DNA of 64,000 nucleotides from Batkoa obscura (taxonomy: Eukaryota). The notes under the pieces are model-generated. The model was not told where the DNA came from, did not search any database, and saw nothing but the letters and a program-made list of their open reading frames with translations. Made by a program: the position numbers and the translations under genes. Shown here piece after piece: positions 40,321 through 51,066 of the stretch. The DNA lies in assembly GCA_030770535.1 (NCBI GenBank), contig JASVEC010000015.1, forward strand, positions 496,001 to 560,000. The letters run 5' to 3'. How positions within the stretch are numbered: position 1 is the first letter of the stretch; every line of letters begins with the position of its first letter.

Positions 40321-41219
40321 TATTATTGTTTTTTGTAATTGAAGTTGATGATAGTTTTGAGATTTTATTTTACTTTTAAATTGATTATTTCAAATGACTC
40401 TTATTGGATCATTAGAATAAAGCTTAAATTTAACAGACTAAGCAACTAGTTTTTATTTCACTTATAACTACTTTCTAAATAGTTTATTCCAAACATAACA
40501 ACTATTTGATTAATTTAATTAATATTTAGAGGTTAAACGATGTAAAAATAAAGTAATATAAAATAAAATTTTCGAATATTCTTTAACAAAATATTAGAAT
40601 CCATCAAAAAAATATAAGCGTTGATAGATTGATTACTACTCCTCCTTAAATGCATAGGGTTTTGATTCAGAAAAAAAAGGTTATTGATTGCCATACCAGT
40701 TGTTTTTTACGTATAAATATAAAACCTATTTGCTAATAAAAATATCTAAATGTTGCAATAAAACACTTTTACCTTCAAGGCTTATCTGAAAGCCAAAAAT
40801 CATTGGAAAATCTATTTTACTACTCTATTAAAATAGTGCGATTAGGCAGTTTTAAAGAACAACCAATCAATATTGTATTTGTAATTAGAATAGTTACTTC
40901 CATTGGTTAATTAATAATAATTAGCCAACTTAACTACTAGTGAAACATCAAGTAAATGAATTTTTGATAGATTTGAGAACCAATAATTAACTTTTGATTT
41001 ATCAGGCATAATAAAAAATACGAATAACTTCATCTAAAATTCAAATATCAAACTTGAATTTTTATTTTAAAAGTTAACAACAAATAGATATTCGATTGCT
41101 TTATTAATAGATACAATAAAAGCAATTAAATCCATCGACAATAAAACAAATCACTTAATGAATAACAGATTCAAATCATCAATTATCAACTAAAGCTATT
41201 TGAAAAAGAAGAACCGATA

Positions 41220-41754
41220 ATGATGCACCCTCAATCCGTAACAATATGTCCCTATTGTTCCTCTAATATAAAAGAAGTTCAATTTAACTTTGATGCTAAA
41301 TTAATCACATGTAATAATAAACAGGTAAATTCAATCACCTTATATCTCCAATCTCACATAACTGATTTTTCTTTTTTAGTGTACCTTCCCATTCCAAGAG
41401 GTGAACTTTGAAGATTATGTGATTTTAATGGACCATCGAATCATGACCAAAAAACCAATTAAGAAATTAAACTATCAACCTAATCGACCACCATTGTATA
41501 TAACGGAAAGTACCATGGCTTCCATAAGAGAAGAATTACCTGATTTAGAAATCCCTAAAGAGTTTCAGTTTGCTACTCCATTACCTAAATTATCTTTTTT
41601 TCAAAATGGGTTTTATGCATTTGGTGAAACTATGGAAGAAGGAATACAAGGTAAAGCTGATTTATTAAATGAATTGGTTACAATGCCTATGGATTCAGCA
41701 ACGAGTGAAACTACAAGTCCAGACTCCATTTATTCTTTAGTTAATTTGGCTTAA
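41220..41754 (+). CDS. Small protein with an N-terminal 4-Cys zinc-ribbon-like motif, 2 exons
   Basis: Intron 41325-41379 gives CPYC-x17-CNNKQCTFPF and joins the two ORF-track pieces. Confidence 0.75.
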
Positions 41755-42378
41755 AGTAGCTGGACAAAGTTTCAACCAAGTTTAGTTTTTTTATAGAAAA
41801 ATACTTATTTAAATAATATTTAGATAAGTAGAATCATCTCATTTTAACTAATAAGCTTCTTTACACATATATCACATACATAACAAAAAAAATAGCAAAA
41901 GAGGAACTTAGAATAATATATTATTATCAAACAAAAGATGTTATTTTTTTCCTTTTAATTAATATCAATTACTCTACTCCCTTCAACTCTTCTCTTTTCT
42001 CACCAATCCAACAACTACCCTTTCCCTCTATACCTATATATTTAACTTATTATTTTCCCCTCTTCTCTGTTGGATTTTTCGATTTGAATTTTTAAAGCTT
42101 ATTAGCCACATTACTACTTCTCCCCCATATCCCCAATCTTCTGACGCTTCTTATCCATTTCTTCTCAACTTTGTTTTTTTCCAAAATTAATAAAAATAGA
42201 ACCTTTTTTTGCAAATATAAAAAAAATTAAATTAATATTGTATTTATACTTTTTAAGTTTTATCAGCTAGTTTACTTTAAGTAGAAACAGTATAAGTTTA
42301 AATTTAAAGATAATGGCAATAGTATATATATTATAAGATACAAAAAGTAATATCTCCAAATGAATGGATAAGTATAAA

Positions 42379-42460
42379 CGACAGCTACAGGATTTGAACC
42401 TGTGCGGGGAAACCCCATCAGATTTCAAGTCTGACTCCTTAACCACTCGGACAAACTGTC
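42379..42460 (-). tRNA. tRNA-Ser(UGA)
   Basis: Exact reverse complement of 27489-27570. Confidence 0.96.
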
Positions 42461-42713
42461 TTAGAATAACATCTTGAAATAAAAAATATATAAAAAACAA
42501 TCTCAAATAGTTACTCATTAAAGATTCTAATAATAAGTAAGTTTAAATGATTTAGTTTTTATTAAACATACACTTAAGTATCTTTGAATAAACTAGAATT
42601 AAAATTAAAATACTATACGCTATCCTATAAAGCTGAAGTGCTCCTCTTATGTAAAGTCTTACAAAATATCATAAAATTACTTGATAACATTTCATTAATT
42701 AGATCAATACATT

Positions 42714-42812
42714 GGGGATATTTTTTTTTATTTCATTACTTTTTCCATCTTTTAAATGCTATTTAAGTGAAAAGGTTGGTAACAAAATTCTTGAATGAAA
42801 AAATACATCCCC
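42714..42812. mobile_element. Family-A MITE copy
   Basis: ggggatatttt…aaatacatcccc. Confidence 0.8.
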
Positions 42813-43041
42813 ATTGTTGACTAAATATTTCAAACATTTTAATAATAAAAAATTAAAAGGCAAATTCGTTTTAAAAGAGAGTATTATAAATAAGTATATT
42901 ACTGCTATATTCCATCAAGACTAAAAGCTAACTATATAACTATAAATTATCATAATCTTAAAATGCTACATGAAGTCAAACTTATAAAATATAAAATAAA
43001 TAGCTTTTAAAATAAATAATTTATCATTTTATACAAACAAA

Positions 43042-43648
43042 CTATAACCAATCTGGTTTTGAGTCGTTTTTAGGGATCGGAACCAAATCAGTATCAAATA
43101 ATTCAATAAATTGTTCATTCAAAAGACGTACTTTTTGTCCTGCATACCTTCTATATTCTTCAAAAATAGCTGCTAAATTCCATCGCTGAAGTTTCCTTAA
43201 ACAACCAACAACTGTTCCAGTTCGATGTCTTCCTAAATTACACATAATTAATAATGGATAGTGGCTCTTGTTTAAGATCAAGTTCAAGGCTTCAACTACT
43301 ACTTCTTCGGTTATTGGATCCCATGCGTTTGTGCTGGAATTTAAACCTAAATGATGAAATTCAATCTCTTGGTCGTCAACAAAATTCAAACTGAAATATC
43401 TTGGTTTAACAATTTAGCTTTAATAAAATAAAATTAAACTTACAATACTTGACTTGGTTCTTCAGCGGCCATAAATAAAATATGCTTTAATTTTAAAGAT
43501 TCTAGAAATGGAAAATTCAATTCATTAGGTTGTCCACATCGATATAAATCTTCTTCGATATACCCAAAGTTCTAGTTCCTTTTTAATATGTTATAGTTTA
43601 TAATCTATATCTTTTTACCATTGGGGGAATTAGATGTTGATTGACCAT
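43042..43648 (-). CDS. OCA1: Atypical dual-specificity/tyrosine phosphatase, Oca1/Siw14 family, 3 exons
   Basis: LIPPM|NFGYIEEDLYRCGQPNELNFPFL, CX5R motif CNLGRHRTG, IFEEYRRYAG, NEQFIELFD. Confidence 0.9.
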
Positions 43649-43728
43649 TATTAATATTTAAAAGAAAATGATTAAAAAATGAATTTGAAAAAAAAAGAAA
43701 AAAATTTCTAAAAAGAATTGGATTAATT

Positions 43729-44586
43729 TTATGAAAAAAATAAAATTATAAAAATTAAAGCAAAAATGTAATAGAATGGTAATGGCTTATTAAAAAGTGC
43801 CAAACTTGCTGAATTTTTGGATAAAAAGGAAATGGAAGTGACTTCTACTTGTTTAGTAGCACTAATAGTAGGAATTATAGTAGATTGAGTATTAACCAAA
43901 TCAATTAATTTTTTTTCACATTGAGTTTCACAATTAAAAAAAGCTTTAAGACTGGTCTCTGATTTACAGTTAAGAATACATGAAGTATTATCTTCTAACG
44001 CTTTTTTATCTATACCATAAGAAGTAAACAAGCATCCTTCATAATCTTTTTCATTCACTTGATTAGCTGTTTCTTGACATTTTTTTAATTCGCTACCAAA
44101 TAAATGTGTAATTTGACATTGGCTCATACTTACTTTTAGATTATTAACTACAGGTATCAAGCAACTATACAATTTACTTTCAAATGCAGAAACAAGAGCA
44201 ATATCTTGATCTTTTATACCAACGGTTTGTTTAATACATTGTAATGAACAATCAAAGTCTTTACAACCATAATAAGTACAACTCTCCACTTTATCTCTAT
44301 TTTTGGAGCCCCATTTTGTTAAAAATTGACAGGTTAATTTACTACCACCATCCATTCCTATTAATCCAATACATTTCACATAGTTCGTAAATGTTTCCTT
44401 TAGTTCTTTAGCTAATTCAGTATTGGATACTTGTGTTCCTTTTTTTGTGCTAAAATCAATATCTTTTTCAATCTCACTTCCTCCCATACCTTCTCCTTCT
44501 CCTTCTCTTTTTGATTTATCATCATCTTGACAATTGATTAAGCTAACTAATAACCCCAATACAAATAGTACAATTAAAAACTTCAT
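43729..44586 (-). CDS. Secreted Cys-rich protein, probably GPI-anchored
   Basis: N-terminal signal peptide, many Cys in CxxxC helical patterns, S/T stretch, hydrophobic C-terminus after NSAS. Confidence 0.75.
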   Translation of the reverse strand: MKFLIVLFVLGLLVSLINCQDDDKSKREGEGEGMGGSEIEKDIDFSTKKGTQVSNTELAKELKETFTNYVKCIGLIGMDGGSKLTCQFLTKWGSKNRDKVESCTYYGCKDFDCSLQCIKQTVGIKDQDIALVSAFESKLYSCLIPVVNNLKVSMSQCQITHLFGSELKKCQETANQVNEKDYEGCLFTSYGIDKKALEDNTSCILNCKSETSLKAFFNCETQCEKKLIDLVNTQSTIIPTISATKQVEVTSISFLSKNSASLALFNKPLPFYYIFALIFIILFFS

Positions 44587-45198
44587 TAAAAGGGATTTAT
44601 TAAAAATTGAATATTTTAATTAATTAAACTGTATATATATTAAAAGTATAGAAGATATGAAATAAAATTCTTGATTTATTATCCTCAAATGAACCAATCA
44701 TACGATACTCGAAGTACTCCAAGTTAACTCAATTTCAAATAGATTAATTAATTATAAGTGAAGAGATAAAAAGGTCTTGCTTTTTTATCTTTAAATAAGT
44801 GAGTTTTATTTAAAAACTGTCTTCATTGAGAATTTCATGCTTTTGAAAAATAGCCTCAAAGAAGGTAATAGAAACTATTATTTATATGAAGCTTAAATAG
44901 ACAAGCACTGTTTAGTTTGAAGCGGTTTTTTTTTAAACTATTTGTTCCATTTGTAATTAAAATATATTTCTATTGAAGAATAAGTTACAGTTAATTCTCT
45001 TAATTCTATTTGAAATCTCGAAATTGATTATTAAACTATTTATTTCACTTTAATGATAATATAGAGTTTAATGTTTATGTATCTATAATTATATATATTA
45101 TGAAACTTTAAATTTCGATTTACTTTTATAATATCAGATATTAAATCAATATTAAATTGTAATTAGGTTCTCGAAATTAGAATTTATATACAATATTT

Positions 45199-45296
45199 GG
45201 GAGTGTTTTTTTGACTTCATTATTTTTTCCATTTTTTAAGCGCTATTTGAGTGGAAAATTTGTTGGTAAAATTCTTAAATACAAAAATACATCCCC
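45199..45296. mobile_element. Family-A MITE copy with ATTT TSD
   Basis: attt-gggagtgtttt…aatacatcccc-attt; nearly identical to the copy at 52105. Confidence 0.88.
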
Positions 45297-45518
45297 ATTT
45301 ATTTATTGAATATTAACTATCTATTAATTTCAAATACTTGAAAGATATGATGATATTAACTGTATTAAACTTTATTTCATATTATGTTTGAATATAATAT
45401 ATGAATACTTTGAGATATGTTAATTGCATAATTTGAATTTATAAAAAGTTTGTAATTATTTTGATTGTAATAATAATTTATTAAAAAACACATACCGAAA
45501 TGACTAAAAGGATTCAAA

Positions 45519-47132
45519 TTAAGCTTTGATACTTTGATCTACTTCATTATTAACCAATCTAGCAGCATCTTCATCTTCTTTATGGACATACCAGTATCTA
45601 CCTAAATAAACAAAAATACACCAAAAGAAAGTAGCAATACCAATATAAATCCACATTTTAATTTGTGAATCAACAGTACGAATACCTAATTCTAATGCCA
45701 TAACAAAATAATTACCAATGGCTGTGGTTAATAGCCAAATTGAAGTTGAAGAGGCTTTCATTTGACGTCCGACTTGAGTATAAGCAAATTGTACCCCAGT
45801 GGGTGATAACATAGCTTCACCTAAAGATAATATGAAGAATTGAACAAATTGAATTGTACCATTTAAACAATTTGGACAAGCCTTAGCAGCACCTTTATCA
45901 TCTTTGACTAGGGAACTTGAATTGGCCTCTACAGCATATTGTAAACAAGTAGATAAAATAAAGGCAATAATACCTAAAGCATAACCAATAACCATTCTAT
46001 TTAAAATAGTAATTCTTAAATTTCTTCTTTCAAGGAAAGGATAAACGACATAAGTCAAAGTAGGAACAAGAAGAATAATTAAAATAGAATTAAGGACAGT
46101 TGAAGCTTCAGTTGGCAAATTAATAAAACCAAAATACATATGATTCATCTTTTCATATTGATTTTGCCATTCAGTACTCTTTTGATCATATAATGTCCAA
46201 AAGAATATAATAGGGGATAAGATAACAATGACTTTGCCTAATAAACGTGTTTCTTCAACAAATTCAGCACCTACAATCTCTTCAGAAAACTTTAGCCAAT
46301 GACCTTTAGCTATTCTCTCTTCTTTACTAGCTTTAAAGTAACGTCTAGCTGCATAGATGGCTGTTTTTAATGCTTTATATGGTAAAAATTCACCAACAGG
46401 AGGTACAATACGATAATACTTAAAACCAGCAATAAAAATAATAACAGCTAAACCGAATAATAACGTTGGGAAACCAAAAGCTAAGAAGAAACATTTTTGA
46501 CCAAAACAATTCACTCTTTCTTTTAAATATGGAGTAATAATTTGAGAAATTAAAGACCCTACATTAATTGAGATATAGAATAAAGAAAAGAAACGATCAA
46601 TCAAAGTAGTTTGGGTAGGTAAAAACTGATCACCACCATGAGATGATACACATGGCTTAATTCCACCAGTACCCATAGCAATTAATACAATAGGTAAAAG
46701 ATAAGTCCAAATAGGATAGCTACCATAAGGAGCAATTAAATTATTAATAGAGAATATAGATAATAAGGCATTTCCAATGAAATAAACAGCTGAGAGATAA
46801 ATAATTGTATGATATTTACCTAAAAAGGAATCTGATATAGCAGCACCGAACAAGGGAAATAAGTAAATTAAACCGTTAAATAGATGTACTTGTGATTTAG
46901 CTAAAGCAGCATCAAATCCATAAGCTGTTCTTAAATACAAATTCATTAAGTTCTTGATACCATAGAAGCAGAAACGTTCTCCGAATTCATTAGGTAAAAT
47001 AAAATAAACAGCTTTAGGGAATTTATCATGAGCAGCGGCTATTTTAGCATCCAATTCAGCATTGATGATGCGTTCTTGTTCTAATAATTGTAACTCTCTT
47101 TCATCTAATGTCGTATTATTTTTTTCATCCAT
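45519..47132 (-). CDS. PTR2: POT/PTR family proton-dependent oligopeptide transporter
   Basis: EFGERFCFYG (ExxERFxxY), GTGGIKPCVSSHGGDQF, FYISINVGSL. First true ATG at 47132. Confidence 0.93.
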   Translation of the reverse strand: MDEKNNTTLDERELQLLEQERIINAELDAKIAAAHDKFPKAVYFILPNEFGERFCFYGIKNLMNLYLRTAYGFDAALAKSQVHLFNGLIYLFPLFGAAISDSFLGKYHTIIYLSAVYFIGNALLSIFSINNLIAPYGSYPIWTYLLPIVLIAMGTGGIKPCVSSHGGDQFLPTQTTLIDRFFSLFYISINVGSLISQIITPYLKERVNCFGQKCFFLAFGFPTLLFGLAVIIFIAGFKYYRIVPPVGEFLPYKALKTAIYAARRYFKASKEERIAKGHWLKFSEEIVGAEFVEETRLLGKVIVILSPIIFFWTLYDQKSTEWQNQYEKMNHMYFGFINLPTEASTVLNSILIILLVPTLTYVVYPFLERRNLRITILNRMVIGYALGIIAFILSTCLQYAVEANSSSLVKDDKGAAKACPNCLNGTIQFVQFFILSLGEAMLSPTGVQFAYTQVGRQMKASSTSIWLLTTAIGNYFVMALELGIRTVDSQIKMWIYIGIATFFWCIFVYLGRYWYVHKEDEDAARLVNNEVDQSIKA

Positions 47133-48830
47133 TTTTTTAAAAATAATAAACAAATTTTAATAATGTATTAACTAATCCTATTTATATTATTTTGTTGTTA
47201 TTAAATTAACTTTGCTTTAACTGATGACCTTAAATAAATTCATTCCTAAATCATGCTATTGAACTTTTCGAATTCTTTTAGTAAAAATGTCTCAATTCCT
47301 TTTCTTTTTAGATTCTTAATTCTCAAGTGATCAAGATTTGCATTAACTTGAAGAATTCGTTTCTATTGAAAATCCCGAATATATAAAAATCTTTTCTATA
47401 TTATTGTCAGCATGATATAACATCAACCATAAACTAATAGTAATGACCTCTTATTTTATTCTTTACATTGTTTTATAGTAAACTAACCTATTTAGTTTTC
47501 TTACATTATTTATTTTGTTTTTTTATTACAGCTCAATCCATCCACTTTTAAAACTTTAGAACCATTAACTTTTATAGCTTTATAAAATATTCTGAGAATG
47601 AATCCTTAATATATTCTTTGAAATTTAAGTGAAGTTTCAAACACTTATTTCCGCTTATTTTATTATAAAACTATGTAACAATAGTATTAATAACCATCGA
47701 GTTTATATTTAAATTATTAGTAGTTATAATATCTAAAATAAATAAACCCCTGAAGTTATAAGTTCTTATATTGAATATGAAATTAAAACCCATCAAATCA
47801 AAATTTATCAAAATAAAAGTTATTAAAGTTAACTACGTGTTATAGTTGTACTATCTATCATGTTAATGAAATATTGATAGTAGCGTATATGTAAGTCACA
47901 TGAGGTTTAAGGTCCTTAAGCTTAGTGACGTATCAATTGATAAGTTAACGTAGGGTAAGGCAAAATAACCTTAATACTTGATCAAGAATAGTGGAAAGGT
48001 TCAAAGTCCTCCTAAACAAGCATAAGGTAAATAATATACTTTGGGCTGAATTAAATAAATTGGCATAACTAATAAAATCAAAAAGTATAGTTTATTATAG
48101 AAAATAAATAAGCAAAAACTCTCAATCAAGAGAAATCCCAAAGAAAGAGATATAATTGGTTATATACTTTGTATAAGTATAAAATGCATTAATTAACTAC
48201 ATTTTATGTTCATACTTAATATAAGTGCCAATAAAACTAGTAATAACTTTGATATTGGCCTTTATATTACTTTCCGAAATGTGTTTGACCTCAATTGGAC
48301 CTCCAATTATAGCATTCAACTTCAGAAAGTAGGCGATTTGATTAGCAGTCTTGATAAATGTAAATAACAATGATAATCTAAATATATATTGAAGTTAAAA
48401 CAAAATATATCAATACTTCTCTTAGTTAGTGACATATGCAATAACAAAAAAGCCATAACATAAACTGATCTTATATAGAAATTACATAATCATAATAATA
48501 ATTAAAAATATTTAAATTTGGTTTACATTTTCTACGATAAAAACTACAGTAATTGAAACCTTTAATTACTACATATTAATAATAAATCATCAACACAATC
48601 AAACATACTAAACAGCATATGTAAAGCTAATATAATTAATAATAAAATATCTAAAATGTACAAATTACAATAAATTAATTTTATCTTGAAAATTTTATAG
48701 TTGATTTTTATTCTTTAACCTATTAACCTTAGTCAACTCCGAATATTCCCAAATATTAGTTAAAATTGTTATTTCTTTAACTACATAGCATAAGAAAAAC
48801 ATAGAATTTATAAGGTTAATTCCACAACTA

Positions 48831-48860
48831 CTTAAACTTAAACTTAAACTTAAACTTAAA
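48831..48860. repeat. (CTTAAA)5 microsatellite
   Basis: cttaaacttaaacttaaacttaaacttaaa. Confidence 0.8.
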
Positions 48861-49119
48861 TTATAGCTTAATTCATAATCTTTATACAATGTCTACTATC
48901 TTTATCCTTAAAATTGAATTTATTTGCATAAAAGCTATTCATTAAATTTAGTAATTTTTTCTTCTAAATTGAAATTATTTTGATTAGAATTCTACTATTT
49001 TTGAAGTAAATAGCTGACCAATTTAATAAACCTTCCACCATCTAAGTGAAGTTTATTCGTTAAAAGAAAACCAATAATTTAAAAATATATATATATTTTG
49101 GCTTATTTACATAATAGCT

Positions 49120-49192
49120 GCCTGATTAGCTCAGTCGGTAGAGCATGAGACTTTTAATCTCAGGGTCATGGGTTCGAGCCCCATATTAGGCT
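49120..49192 (+). tRNA. tRNA-Lys(UUU)
   Basis: GCCTGATTAGCTCAGTCGGTAGAGCA-TGAGA CTTTTAA TCTCA…GGTTCGAGCCC…TTAGGC. Confidence 0.96.
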
Positions 49193-49754
49193 TGTGTTTT
49201 ATAATTTTTGCTTCTAAATATCGAAATAGTTTGTTAAATGGATGTAATGTTCTTACTAACTGATATAGCAATAGCTTTATATTATAGTTTATAAATTTCA
49301 ATTTATGCATAATTATAAATAAAAAAAGTTAAAAGCAGGAAATAATAAGTCAGATACTTAAAAACCAATTATTTTAATAAAATTGCTAGCTATTTGAAAA
49401 TTAATTTAAATTTTAAGTTTTTATTTTAATAATCAAAAAACGTTAATTACATTTATTGTTTAAACTGTATTTTTAGTTTAAAGTTATTTTAAAATCAATC
49501 TAAATATTAGCTGTATTTTAATTATCAATTATGAAATATTGCTAAAAATAAAGCAATAAACAAGTAAAAAACAAAGTGATTATTTTTATATAATCCTCTT
49601 TTTGGAATTAATTTATAAATACCTTACTAATGTTATTACTTATCAACTGTAAAGTTAGCTATAAAACAAATAGAACGTTCACTATTATTAAAATTTTAAT
49701 TTTTATAAAAATAGAAGAACTTGTATAAACCGCCAATCTTCTATTCCGTATACT

Positions 49755-50362
49755 TTAATTATTATTCCCTTCACCAGCTTCTATCGAATGAACAACTGGT
49801 TCTACTTTGATATATGGGCTAACTTTATACTTTTTAAACGCAGTTAATAAAGTGATTACCCCAAGTCCACCGGCTACCGATAAACTAGTGATATTCCACC
49901 AATTACCACCAAAACATAAAACACCAAACCTAAATTTAAAATATTATTATTAAATCATATAACAATATTAAATTAGTATTATTAAATTACATAAAATAAA
50001 CTAAACAAATAGGATAGAATTAGTATTCCCAGATCAAAAAAGAGTATAACATTACTTACACATTGCTCTCCCTATTGGTATCATAAATAATTTATTATAT
50101 TTAATATAGGAACTCTGTAATGGAAATACTTCTGAGAATATAGTCATCATTGCAAATAAACTAGTATAAAGATTCAATCTATTCGTAACAACTCATAGTA
50201 ATGTTTATCTTACAATCTTAATATCATTAAAACAATAGAGTTAGTTGAATCTCGGACAAATTTAGTATTATGTCTATCACTATAACTAAAAGAGTTACAA
50301 ATTAATACAGCAAATACGGAGAGATTGATAATAGTGGCGAAGATTCGAAAAGCTAAAGACAT
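49755..50362 (-). CDS. Small multi-TM protein, COPI-associated/Tvp15-like, 4 exons including a 10-nt exon
   Basis: Exons ~50362-50214, 50160-50060, 50000-49991, 49929-49755 give …LFAMMTIFSEV…IGRAMFYFMFGVLCFGG…, resembling the GRGxFYxFxG motif. Start codon uncertain. Confidence 0.7.
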
Positions 50363-51066
50363 TAAACAAATAGAACTAAAGAGGATAATCAAAGTTTTTA
50401 TTGATGGGATATTTATACTTTTTATTTCAATATTAAATTTAAAATTTTCTACTTATTCTTAATGAATCGAGGTATTTTAATCAATATATTTTATTATTAG
50501 TTTCAAATAAAGTAAATGTTAGTTAAGATTCAAAGGTATAGAATTTTCATTAATGCATAATAAACCGGTTCCACAGCCTTGGCTTTTCTTGTTGTTTCAG
50601 TATTCAGTTTGATTTAGAGAGAATAGTAACTTTGAGTACTTTTTTTGTTTATAATAAATAATAGTTAAATAAAAAAATTATTTGAATAAATTGGTTCCTT
50701 TTAATATGATTATTATGAACATTACTAAAAAATAAAATACTATTATTTCTATCAAAATACTTAATTCCTGTTACTATTTGGAGCTGTCCTAATTGGTTTC
50801 AGAATCTACTTAGAAATTAATTCAAATTTAAAAATTTTAAATTTGTGTCCAATATGACAGTTAAATCTAAAAAGCCTAAAATTAAATCTCTCTACTTAAA
50901 ACTTATTTTAGTTGTTTCCTTTTCTTAAATAGCTAATTTTCCTAATTATATGTTTTATATTAGTTCTGTTAGATATTTAATAGATATATAATATATAACT
51001 ACATGATTATATAATTATATAAATATAGTTGACTTTATTTTTTATTGAAATAAAAATAAAAATAAA

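Noticed and set aside
42267..42766. Short ORFs at 42267 and 42584 (also 14765, 16535, 54261)
   Set aside because: They run through a tRNA gene or MITE copies in AT-rich intergenic DNA.
48695..49062. Minus-strand LDGGR peptide and 64-aa ORF suggesting a site-2 protease remnant
   Set aside because: No HExxH or NxxP context, stops nearby, and the ORF is partly a microsatellite.
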